From positions 81,902,001 to 81,966,000 of the forward strand of contig OZ024746.1 in NCBI GenBank assembly GCA_964016885.1: a stretch of 64,000 bases of DNA, in the 5' to 3' direction. Below are positions 49,430-64,000 of the stretch, piece by piece. A program made the translations under genes and the position numbers. This DNA is from Eledone cirrhosa. Lineage: Eukaryota. Below the pieces are notes generated by a model that made no database searches, had not been told where the DNA came from, and saw nothing but the letters and a program-made list of their open reading frames with translations. The first letter of the stretch is position 1, and each line of letters begins with the position of its first letter.

Positions 49430-49550
49430 GAATAAGTGTGAGGGCGGTGGATTAGCAAAACCTTTAGAACGTTGGACAAATTCTTTGCAATATTTGTTCC
49501 GGCTCTTTACGTTCTGAGTCCAAATTCCGCCGAGTTAATCTTAACCATTT

Positions 49551-49875
49551 TGCATCTCAAGCATTACTATGTTGGCAGCAGAACAGAACTTCCCCTATGA
49601 TTCTGTGTACATATATTTATTACACATATATATAAGCAAAGATAAATAAAGAGTTGAATAGACTAAGAAATATATAGTCATAAGTGTTATAGAAAGCACA
49701 CTATTAGTACACTTATTAAAATAATGATTTCTGATTTAGGCACAATGACTATATATTTCTTAGTCTATTCAACTCTTTATTTATTTTTGCTTATATATAT
49801 GTGTAATAAATATATGTACACAGAATCATAGGGGAAGTTCTGTTCTGCTGCCAACATAGTAATGCTTGAGATGCA
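49551..49875. repeat. Long inverted repeat, 131-bp arms with a 63-bp spacer
   Basis: 49551-49681 versus 49745-49875, one visible mismatch. Confidence 0.95.
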
Positions 49876-50097
49876 CCAAGATAATTTTTTACGATTTTCT
49901 GTGTACAGAGGAATAGTTGAAAGTGTTTACACTTCACACTTCATTATTGGTACGGTAAAGGCTTCAGATTCAAAATCTAGTACAATGACAGTTATATCTA
50001 CATTAAGTTTACTTTAAAATATTCCAATATACTATGTGTTCTAGCATACACACACGCACACACACGCACACACACGCACCCACGCACGCACGCACGC

Positions 50098-50178
<81 letters not shown>

Positions 50179-50310
50179 GACAGTTGATCGACTTTTCGTC
50201 AAATCGGACCGAGGAAACAATGTTTCCGTTGGTCTTTCCAATTGCTAATACTATCTATCTGTCGCAAGTCGAGGTAAAAGGTGCAACTTGAAATAAAGTG
50301 CTTTGCTCAA

Positions 50311-50367
<57 letters not shown>

Positions 50368-50370
<3 letters not shown>

Positions 50371-50444
50371 GGTGGGATATAAAGATCTTCCATATTCTTT
50401 TTTATATGCCCTCAAAATGTGGGAGATCTTTATGCCCCACCCTG
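50368..50444. mobile_element. 77-bp Tc1/mariner-type micro-MITE in a TA context
   Basis: TA-CAGGGTGGGATATAAAGATCTTCCATATT ... AATGTGGGAGATCTTTATGCCCCACCCTG-TA. Confidence 0.75.
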
Positions 50445-51224
50445 TATATATATCATAAGACGAGCCCCACATTTTGAAGTTGAAATGTAGGTTTTGAGTT
50501 GTATTCGTCGTACAAGACGACCATCTCCCCACACCATATTTTAAAGTGCATTGTATTGAATTTATTAAATAAATTCAGTAAGTAAGATACTTTCTTTTCA
50601 CTTGCGGCAGCGCAGTTATTATGTTTCTTGGCAAAGTTTATTGCTTTTAACTTGAAACACGCTTCTTTTACCGGTAGTTGGTGGGGCCATGATGGGATCT
50701 TGTGATATAGCTGGATTCTAACAATGTTACCCCAGATAATGCCAGTAATAAAGTGAGAGCGCGCACCTCCCTACGTGCCGACAAAAACTGGCTAGCATGC
50801 TAAACTATTATTACCTGTCTATTCCTTGAATTTACCATTCTACTCCTTGAATTATTACCGTAAACATCTTTTTTCGTTATATAAATATAACATTCACATC
50901 GACATAACTGGTAGAGGTTTAGGAGAGTTACTTTGTGTGTGAGGCAAGACAGAGAAGTAAAGAATAAGATGAGATGCAACAGGAGGATTCGAAGTTAGTA
51001 AGTTCTTGATCAGAGAGTTGGTGTTAATCTAACAGTGTTAAGCGCATCTCGAGCAAAGAAGGGTGCATATAAAATAGACATCGAGTGATATGCTGAGAGA
51101 GGTTATGGTGGAGAATCTTGTAAAATATGGTATGAAAGACTGCGAACTTGGTAAGTTTCGTCCATTTAGCTCTGCATGCTGTAGACTTGCAGTGCTGATG
51201 TTTCCAAAAAGTAAGTAAATATTT

Positions 51225-51490
51225 ATCATATGTAAGCAGTTCCTGATAATATCACTTTTGAAGTTGTTATTCTTCAGATGATTTTAAACACTAAAGTATT
51301 CTAGATGCGGCCTGTTGATGTAGGGTTTGGGTTGTTCCAGTAATCATCATTTTATTTTATGGGGTGATCGTCTGGCTTTTAACTCCCATATATATTTTGC
51401 TAGGGTGCAGTGGTTTTAATTCTGCGTGTCTGGAAGTTAAATATGTTTGTAATTATCTTGTACCAGACTCACATATGATTTTCTGCCAAC
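51225..51490 (-). pseudogene. Second, older Penelope-like GIY-YIG endonuclease remnant
   Basis: Minus strand reads SYVSLVQDNYK...LAKYIWELKARRSPHKIK**LLEQPKPY...KSDIIRNCLH, collinear with the 45570-46315 protein. Confidence 0.65.
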
Positions 51491-51544
51491 TACTTCGTTA
51501 GTTTTGTCAGATACAAATTTTGCTTTATATTCAATCAACGTTAT

Positions 51545-51722
51545 TGGCAGTATCGGTAGAGGTTCGGACGCCATGCTTTGACGCATAGAGTTACGGCCCT
51601 TGCCATTCTGAGTTCAAATCCCGCCGAGGTTAACTTTGCCTTTCATCCTTACGGGGTCGATAAAATAAAGTACCAGTAATGTACTGGGTAATTTTCTGGC
51701 CTTGTGCCAATAGTAGAAACAG
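51545..51722 (+). mobile_element. tRNA-derived SINE (29296 family)
   Basis: TGGCAGTATCGG, GAGTTCAAATCC and GCCTTTCATCCTTACGGGGTCGATAAAATAAAGTACCAG. Confidence 0.88.
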
Positions 51723-51848
51723 TTATGTTACAGCCCCGTTGCCGTAGGCATTCATCCATTCCTAATATGAACCATTCAGATTATTTATCGAGCCTATGTC
51801 TTATGGTTATCATAGACTTCATATAATGATATATACACGTATACACAC

Positions 51849-51936
<88 letters not shown>

Positions 51937-52004
51937 CATGAATATATATTAATACATATGCCTATTAAGGACACATAGATACATATATACATATCTCTAT
52001 ATAT

Positions 52005-52132
<128 letters not shown>

Positions 52133-52565
52133 ATATACATATGTATTCGCTAGCGAAAAATCGTGTTTCCAAGGCTACATATAGTGCCTCAATTTTCGTA
52201 GAACAGATTTACTCCGATGGAGTAGATACACTAAATTAAAATAAGAACTGATAATGCATACAAGAATATATTTATGTGTGTGTGTGCGTGTGTACATATA
52301 TTTATATATATATATATATATATATAAACTGGTACTCCGTCTATTACGACGACGATCGTTCCAGTTGATTCGATCTACAGAAAAGCCTGCTCGTAAAATT
52401 AACGTGCAAGTGACTGAGCACTCCACATTTACAATTCAAGTGGTTCTCAGCGAAATTCAGTGTGACACAGAATGTTGCAAGGCTGGCCCTGAGAATTACA
52501 GGTATAACTCATTTGTGCCAGGTGCGTGAACTGGAGCAACATAAAATATAACAATGCTAAAAAAA

Positions 52566-53271
<706 letters not shown>

Positions 53272-53437
53272 AGAGCTCAAGCCGTTTCGACGGCTATTTC
53301 TGGACTCCAGAGTCCAGAAATAGCCGTCGAAACGGCTTGAGCTCTGCCGTCGGGGTCCTACTCGTTCCTATTACCCACTCTACTACCCTAAGTATTGAGT
53401 ACTCTGGTACGTTATGGTCCATCTGGTTCCTTACCAC
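53272..53437 (+). mobile_element. Hammerhead-family insert with a 36-bp-arm palindrome and downstream tail
   Basis: Arms 53272-53307 and 53310-53345; GAAACGGC-TTGAGCTCT-GCCGT-C-GGGGT; tail is the reverse complement of 44273-44336. Confidence 0.85.
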
Positions 53438-54725
53438 AACAATAAAACAAAAACAGTGGTACAAGTAGACAAAATCTTAATAGTTTTTCGCTTATTGGAA
53501 AGGTGAACGGAACGTCTGAACGTATCAGACGTTAGTTCTCCGCCAGGAGGATGGAAACAATGAGAATAAAAAGGAGAGAAGGTCGCAGAAAAAGTAAGGT
53601 GTTTAAGATACACGTAAAAATAGATCATGGTACTAAGATATGTAGATCAAATAACATTTAGTATTGTGTATATACAATATAAAATTCATAAAACATTTGT
53701 TAATTTGAAATTAAAGAGAGGCGAGACAATAACTATGACCTTTGCTTGCCCTCAAAAGCAAGTGTGATTTTGTACGACTGATGGGCTACCTTAACATCTG
53801 CTGGCCTATGTCCGCATGAACACATAAAACACATATAAAAATCAAAGTGGTGTTGTTTTTATATATCTCATGATTAAGTCGTTTCAGTCGTTATCGTCCT
53901 GTCTTTGTTTTGTTTATAGTGTAATCAATGATTTAGACAATCTAATGTGATTTAAAGCGTTTTGGGATGTTATTTCTTCTCATCCAGTAAATTAAATACT
54001 TGCTTATACAATTACATGTATACATACATATATGCATACCACTCTACCTGTTCAAGCCCATACCACTAGCATTACATATAAAGAACTGTGAAAGAAAACT
54101 AACTACCAAAGTTATTAATACATCAGGAGTATGATCTAATCAACTAAAAAAAATGGCAAGTATTTATTATATCGATCCTTAAGTGAGGAATTAGAAAGTT
54201 GACTCTGATTTGAACTCTGAGTGTAACTGGACGTAATTAAACCCCACAGAAAAATGTTGATGCTTAACCCTTCCTGTCATTCATTGCCGCCCACTCAATG
54301 TTAGTAATAAGATAATGCTTCATATATGAAATAAAGCGAGTTTAAAAACTTTGATCTCTTGAGATTACCCATGTAATTACTAGAAAACAACTCCCTCTAA
54401 GGTTGTTTAAAATCTAAACAGAATAAACAGAAAATAACTCCCCCCCCCCCAAATCAATAGACAATATAAATTGGAATGGACCTGGTCTTTAAAGCCAACT
54501 GGTGAAAACAACTAACATGGGAGATAACACATAAAAGAAGGTTTCTGCTTAATTAAATAGAAATAGATAGAGACTTTACCTATTTCTTTATTGTAGACTT
54601 GTAGAGTCTCGGATTTTAACCTTAGAGGAGCTTGAACTCAAAACGTAGTGAGACAGAATGAAATGTTACTTATTTTATTATGCAAATGAATATCTGAGAA
54701 TGATCAATAACATATCAAGGTTAAT

Positions 54726-54900
54726 GCTATTAATTAGCTAAAACAGAGCATCACTAACAATAGACGACATGGTTTCTTTAACCTACTACTAATGACGTCT
54801 ACAACTACAAGCTGGTGAGTGATGCACTGACAGAAATAAAGAAGTTCTATATAACTTGATGCTGTTTCTTAGGGTATTTCCGTTTTAGCTAATTAGTAGC
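54726..54900. mobile_element. Possible MITE with imperfect TIRs
   Basis: GCTATTAATTAGCTAAAACAGA ... TCCGTTTTAGCTAATTAGTAGC. Confidence 0.45.
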
Positions 54901-56032
54901 TTTAAGTATTAATAATAATACATTTTTATTCTTTTAGAATACTCTCGCGAATTCATTGGCACAATGAAATAATGTTCAATATAACTGAAATGTGTCTTTA
55001 TTTATATACCATTTTAATGATGCAAAAAAGTTCGTTATTCTCGATAGCAATAACGTTTGCTTTGTAAATGATTCATAGGTACGTGTTTAATTTTAGTACA
55101 ACTTTTCCAATTTAGAATGTCAGTTTATATTATATCTCGATGTATTAGTTCAGATTTTGCCAGAGTCAATTAAATAAATATATTAAAAACCTGAGACTGT
55201 TTGAAGTTCGGTGAACTGTGCTGCCATTGAGTATATTACATTAGTGTGAATGTAATGTACACAACGCAGCGCCAATCCTCCACTCAATTGCCTGTCACTC
55301 TGTCATCATAGATATCCAGTGTTCTGTAGAGCAACCACAGAGCACCAGATATAAATATATTAAATTATTTATTTATTTACATCCGTCTAAGATTTAGTTT
55401 TCTCAATTTCGATAATATATAAAATTTGGTTCATTTGACTATATGCTATCACTACTAAACATTGAGTTTATTCTTATGAATGAAATCAATAGTAACATGA
55501 CTACATAACTGGAGAAAAAATCGAGTTCAAAAGAATTCAAAATTGCAAACTATTTAATTATGCAATCGTTTTAAATCTAATACTATTGAGTGAATACAAT
55601 AAAAATAGTTACAATCGAGTTATATATATATATACATCTTTTGTTCATATCTGAAATGAAGCATTTGTAGGTTTTTCAGTTTAGTAAATTTGAGGGGTAA
55701 AGGGAATGACAGTTTTGTAACATGCTACGGGCTCGCGGGATATGTTAGATTCGACATTGTAATCTGACGAAACCAGTTAATGCCAGTTAATTACATAAAT
55801 AGTGTTGCTACCACTTAGAGTAATAATCTGCGCCCTTTTACCTATTCAGATAGAAATTACCACAGACCAACGAGAATTATGTTCGGTAGCCATTGACACT
55901 ATAAGGCAGCGACTTCGTTAGAACGTCGGATAGAATACTTTGCGGTATTCATTCCGGCTCTCCCCGCCAAGGTCTCTTTTGCCTTTGATCCTTTGGAAGT
56001 CGATAAAAAAGTACCAGCCGAGTACTGGAGTC

Positions 56033-56071
<39 letters not shown>

Positions 56072-56500
56072 CTCTGGAAAACATCGACTGTATTCAGATC
56101 TGGGGAGAGAATGAGTTCCACCAGATATAAAATATCTAAGACACTCCGTATGTCACTACAACATCCCTACGTATCTATCAGTAGTTGTGAATCCATATAT
56201 GTACATTAACATTATCCTATGTCATATTATACTAATGTAACAGTGGGATTAGAAAACGAACCATAGACACAACGGCAATCATTTCGGTATTTTATCTGCT
56301 CGACTAACTGCTACACTATTCTATAGAGTAGCCATTTATATCCCATATGGACGATGTTATAAAAAGGCATATATGAATAATAAATATTTCTCGGTGCATA
56401 TCAAGTAGTCTCACTTCCAAAGGCTTTCATTGCACCATTGTAATGCATTATTACATATTAAGCTACGCTTTACTATAACACACATAAAGACGCACATGCA

Positions 56501-56576
<76 letters not shown>

Positions 56577-57029
56577 TGTTATACTTTGGGAGGGTCATGT
56601 TGTCAATAAAAATACACGCGCCTGTTGCTTTTCACTTCAATTTATTACAAATTTCCGGTTGGCTGGTTGGCTTGTTGGTTCGATAACCGGAAGGTTGTTA
56701 TATATTGCCAAAGCTCTTTCGTCACACAATCTGTGACCTCCTTAGTGACTAGGTTTATATTTTGTTTCTCTCCTTTGTTCTGTCCTACACCATCTTGTTT
56801 TCATGTGTTGTGTGTTGTGCCACAACGTATTAACTTCCTGGTGATAAGCACTACACGTCAGTAGTTAATCCCAGGTAAGTGATATTGAGGTTAAATCACC
56901 ATAATTGTTTATTGCATTATATATATTTCTGTTAGATGGTTACTCATGTGACTTCGTCAGATGCTTATGCTATCATTGGTGCAGTTATGCAATCATTGTG
57001 ATATGCTGGTGGCCATGCACGTCCATCCA

Positions 57030-57106
<77 letters not shown>

Positions 57107-57461
57107 CACTGAGGTTGATTCTCCCGCTATATCACTTTCTAACTCCCCCTCTTTCAGACACTCTCTCACCTCTCCTTCTTTAGAAGAAATGGACAGAGTT
57201 CCGATCTGGAGAGTGGATGGCCTCCTTCAGGATTAAAACGTCCCCCGTGCCACTGCGGTGCTTTTACGAATCTATCAGGTGTTGCGGGACCATACATTGT
57301 ATATATATATTCTTAGAAGGGTGATGGTTAATTCAAATGTTACCGTTCAGTTAAAGCTTATTTTGTTTTATTATGTATTGATACATAAGTATATATAATA
57401 TATATATATATAGACACACATACACACACACACACATATATATATATACATATATATATAC

Positions 57462-57506
57462 ATAGGAAAAGAGTCAGGACCCCGACGGCTGAGCTCCGGC
57501 CGTTTC
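57462..57506 (-). mobile_element. Hammerhead-family fragment (3' half)
   Basis: Minus strand GAAACGGCCGGAGCTCAGCCGTCGGGGTCCTGACTCTTTTCCTAT, closest to 40979-41023. Confidence 0.85.
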
Positions 57507-57526
57507 CAAAGCATACACACACACAT

Positions 57527-57559
<33 letters not shown>

Positions 57560-57588
57560 TATATATATATGATAGCGGCAACTCGATT

Positions 57589-57650
57589 TCGAGTAATGCC
57601 ATTGCTTGATACTTAAGCATGCTTAAGTATCAAGCAATGGCATTACTCGA
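57589..57650. repeat. Perfect 62-bp palindrome with no spacer
   Basis: TCGAGTAATGCCATTGCTTGATACTTAAGCA|TGCTTAAGTATCAAGCAATGGCATTACTCGA. Confidence 0.97.
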
Positions 57651-57651
57651 T

Positions 57652-57974
57652 TCTGGCTTGATTTCTACAGCTGGATGCCCTTCCTAACACCAACCTCATT
57701 TACAGTGAGTCCTGGGTGCTTTTTTTCCGTGGCGCCTACACGTCCACTTTACAGTGTGGGCTAAGGGCTTTTCGAGCCGTGGCACCTGCACGACCACTTT
57801 GCAGTGAAATGATAGGGACCCCAGTCCTATTATCTCATTTCTACAGCTGAATAAACTGGAGCAATGTGAAATAAAGTGTCTTGCTCAAGGAAACAGCACA
57901 TCACCCGGTCCGAGAATTGAACTCACAACCTTTCGATTGCAAGCCCAATGCTCTAACTAATAAGCCATGCGCCT
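57652..57974 (-). mobile_element. tRNA-derived SINE (57830-57974) adjoining an RTE-related repeat fragment
   Basis: Minus-strand TGGCTTATTAG A box, GAGTTCAATTC B box and CCTTGAGCAAGACACTTTATTTCAC; GGATGCCCTTCCTAACACCAAC word at ~57673. Confidence 0.7.
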
Positions 57975-57997
57975 TTACACACACACGCACACACACA

Positions 57998-58083
<86 letters not shown>

Positions 58084-58449
58084 TAATGTATGTGAAGCTC
58101 GCACTTTCAAACTTGCGAAGCGCTGAGAGAATAAAGTCTATAGAAAATGTTTTATGCTCAGACGCAGAAAATAACATACAGTGCGTTGCTACAGAATAGC
58201 TTATAGAATAGAGTAAAGAATTTTAGAGACGAAAAAAAACCTGACAGCGACAACTACGAGTAATCGAACACTGTATCTCTCAGATACCGGCTGAGGCCTC
58301 TGACAACATCTTATCACCTGAATTAGGGAGTTGAATCAAATAACTTTGAAATTATAAACAAACAACGTTCGAACTATCGAACTTAAGAAGTGCTGAGAGA
58401 ATAAAGTTTATAGAAAATGTAGATTGCTTAGGCGCAGAAAAAAGATTGA

Positions 58450-59210
58450 ATCTGTTGGCCGTCGGTGATCTGGTTGTTGCGCGCAAACATCACACATTGA
58501 GCAGGCAAGTAATAATCGCATAATATAACATTATCTTAGTTTTTGTCCTCACAGTACAAGGAGCATGCAGGAAATCACTGCAGATTTCAAACATGCACTT
58601 CTCATTTGCAAATTTTAATACATACAATTTTAATACAGATTTTAATACATTGAAAAAGTTTTATGGAGTGATGAGGCGAACTTTAGATTTGCTGGAACAT
58701 TTAACATATGAGACATTGATAGGCCTTCACCGCCTTCACCTCATCCGTCCGCTCTTCAATCATCACAGTTGAATATATGGATAAAATTATACAAGTTAAA
58801 ACCGTATTTCTTTTAATCAACATCAACGGTAGAGTCATATAAGTTGATACTACAGGCTCATGTAATACCTCAGTTGCAAAGGTGAAAGGAAATCAAGTAC
58901 GTCATCATCCAACAAATCATCACAGAATTGCTGACGAACAGGTTTAGACGAGGTTTTCCTCTCCATTGGCCGGCCAGGTCACCTGACATGTAGCGCCTCT
59001 GGATTCTTATTTATAGAGTACAATAAAAAATACATGTCCACAAACGTTGCAGGCCGAAGAATCTTCAACAGTTGAAAGAGTCGATCAGGACTGAAATAGA
59101 GAATGTTGATCAGAATGACAAAGCAGCGGCGGCCACAGTACAAAGTGTTCTTTACCGATGTTAATATATACAGGACAAATCTAGCGGATTACAATTGTGA
59201 TGGAATGTAG
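58450..59210 (+). pseudogene. Decayed Tc1/mariner-superfamily transposase
   Basis: LWSDEANF (58661), PYFF (~58802), IIQQ and WPARSPDM (58967) in the expected order; many stops and indels. Confidence 0.8.
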
Positions 59211-59298
59211 AAAGGTTCTCATTCTTTAATTACATTATTGTAGGTGATTATAATACTGCCTTGTTTGAATAAGAAATTACCCTGACTCTTTCTCTGTG

Positions 59299-59343
<45 letters not shown>

Positions 59344-59357
59344 ATACACACACACAC

Positions 59358-59392
<35 letters not shown>

Positions 59393-59782
59393 GATATATA
59401 TATATAGATATATATATATATGTGTGTGTATACACACACACACATATATATATACATATATATATATAGATATATATATATATAGATATATATATACATA
59501 TATATATACACATATATATATATAGATATATATATACATATATATATACACACATATATATATACATATATATATATAAATATATATACATATATATATA
59601 AATATTTATACATATATATATACATATATATATATAAATATTTATACATATATATATACATATATATATAAATATTTATACATATATATATATACATATA
59701 TACATATATACATATATATGTATACATATATATACATATATAAATATATATACAGCCACCATATATATATATATATGTATAC

Positions 59783-59818
<36 letters not shown>

Positions 59819-59947
59819 GGTGGCTGCCAACTCGTTTTCGAGTACGGCCACTACTTTATATCCATGTAGGAGAATTCCTACCGATGCGCTGAACGAGTGT
59901 GACTTTTTAGTCCAGCCAGCGACTATATATATACATATATATATACA

Positions 59948-60154
59948 TATATTAAGACAGGGGGGAAGAAAAAATGGCTTTACTTGTGCTTTCAACAAAT
60001 TTATTTTCTTCACAAAATCCCAAAAGAATTTTTTTCCGGATTAGAAAAAAACTTTTTCTTAAAAAAATTATTTTATAATGTATATATGTATATTTAGTTA
60101 TGTATCTTTATGTGTGTATATGTATGTATGTGTATGTATGTGTATGTATGTATA

Positions 60155-60221
<67 letters not shown>

Positions 60222-60276
60222 ATATATATATGTATATGTGTATATGTGTGTATGTGTATATGTATGTATATATATA

Positions 60277-60311
<35 letters not shown>

Positions 60312-61093
60312 GCCCATGTGGAGGTATGAGTACATATTCGTGTGTGTACGTATGTGTATATATGTTTTTATATGTGTCTCTATATGTTTTTGTGTATGTA
60401 TGTGTATGTATTTGTACATGGGTGTGTGATTGATGGTGTGTGCCTATATATTCCTTCATATGCCCGGGTGTGTATGTACGTATATACGCACATATGTGTG
60501 TGTTGAACAAAGGACTAATTTTGGGATGGACGTAGAAAAATTCTTCAGAAAAAAATAAAAAAATAATTATTTACAAACTTGGCAGGTGCGATTTGCCTGT
60601 GACCATTCTCAACACAAAAGGAATACTAAAAGCTTTTTCCCCTGAATAAAGGAATTTTTCGAGAATGACCGGAGCAGGCCGCACTTGCTACATTTATCCC
60701 CACCCAACCCTACTCACCGTCTCAACTCATTACTGCTATTAACACTTTTTCAACACACCTACACCCATGCACTCATTAAAGGGGGAGAAAAGAAACCCCC
60801 ACCACACCACAGACATGTTAAATCCCTATATATAGAACAACACACCACATATACATCAGTTTGACAAGCGCACCTCAGCGTGAAAGGTCGTTCTAAAAAC
60901 GAAACAATACCTCCTACGTTAACCAAGAACTCCTAAGACCTAACCAACAACCAACAACTTAATTTATAAAATAATTTTTTTAAGAAAAAAATTTTTTCTA
61001 ATCCGGAAAAAAATTCTTTTGGGATTTTTTGAAAAAAATAAATTTGTTGAAAGCACAAGTGAAGCCATTTTTTCTTCCCCCTGTCTTAATATA
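59948..61093. repeat. Inverted repeat, ~130-bp arms about 885 bp apart
   Basis: 59948-60078 versus 60964-61093, a few mismatches; the outer ends of both arms abut (TA)n. Confidence 0.92.
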
Positions 61094-61126
61094 CCTAACT
61101 GCACCAAGGATTACACACATTTTCCA

Positions 61127-63276
<2,150 letters not shown>

Positions 63277-63312
63277 TATATATATGACATCAAAGAGAAA
63301 TTAGCCAATTTG

Positions 63313-63380
<68 letters not shown>

Positions 63381-63428
63381 GCATACACACATATAGATTC
63401 TTTGCTTAAACTTTAATCTGTTATTTTA

Positions 63429-63473
<45 letters not shown>

Positions 63474-64000
63474 TACACACATATAGATATACGCGTTCAT
63501 ATATATTTATATATGTATTTATGCATATTCATATGTATGTGTGTATATATGCTTGTACATGTGTGTGCATGTATATACATGGGAAATGATCAGTACAGAA
63601 GTGGTATACTGGGTGAAGCCTTATTCTTTACTAACTATTTTACTGAAGATTGTGAAAAAAAAAAAACGTTTTTTTAAATGTGTTTAATCATAGCGTGAAT
63701 ACTTGTAAAAGAGATCCTTTATAAAAGTACGTATTGTTGAGATATTTGTCACGGAACATAAAATGTTCATACAATTCATGACAAAAGAAAATGAAAATGT
63801 ATCATTTTTCTAGTATATCATGTTGGTATTATGCGTTGAATCTTTTCTTTAATATTGTGGTAAATTTCCAAGAAACCTCGACGAAACATATGATTAGTTC
63901 CAGCATATAAAATTAAGTTGATTCCAAATGTTAAATAATAAGGAATTAACAAGAAGTGTTGTGCTTCCTGCAAAGCTCGCACATCATATGATAAGAAATT

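Noticed and set aside
53490-53560. Possible hammerhead on the minus strand around the AACGTCTGA/TCAGACGTT hairpin
   Set aside because: Both core boxes are too degenerate (no CUGANGA, no correctly placed GAAA)
58110-58440. ~65-bp diverged direct repeat (~58110 and ~58380)
   Set aside because: Real but short and old; no LTR hallmarks (TG..CA, PBS, TSD)

Overview
Non-coding, repeat-dense eukaryotic DNA. The AT-richness, very long (TA)n/(CA)n tracts and tRNA-derived SINE types are most consistent with a cephalopod (octopus-like) genome; this is an inference, not a search result. Positions 1-~26200 are about 1000 copies of a 26-bp satellite made of two monomer types with kb-scale higher-order duplications. 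The giant + strand ORFs there are artefacts. The rest holds SINEs, RTE-LINE fragments, Tc1/mariner and hAT-like remnants and MITEs, and two decayed Penelope-like (Neptune-type) GIY-YIG endonuclease fragments. No intact host gene could be identified. The most notable signals are (i) a family of five type-I hammerhead-ribozyme-derived inserts embedded in (TA)n tracts, four of which end at the same base, (ii) a separate minimal hammerhead with a palindromic stem III, and (iii) a cluster of fold-back inverted duplications centred on or next to TA microsatellites.
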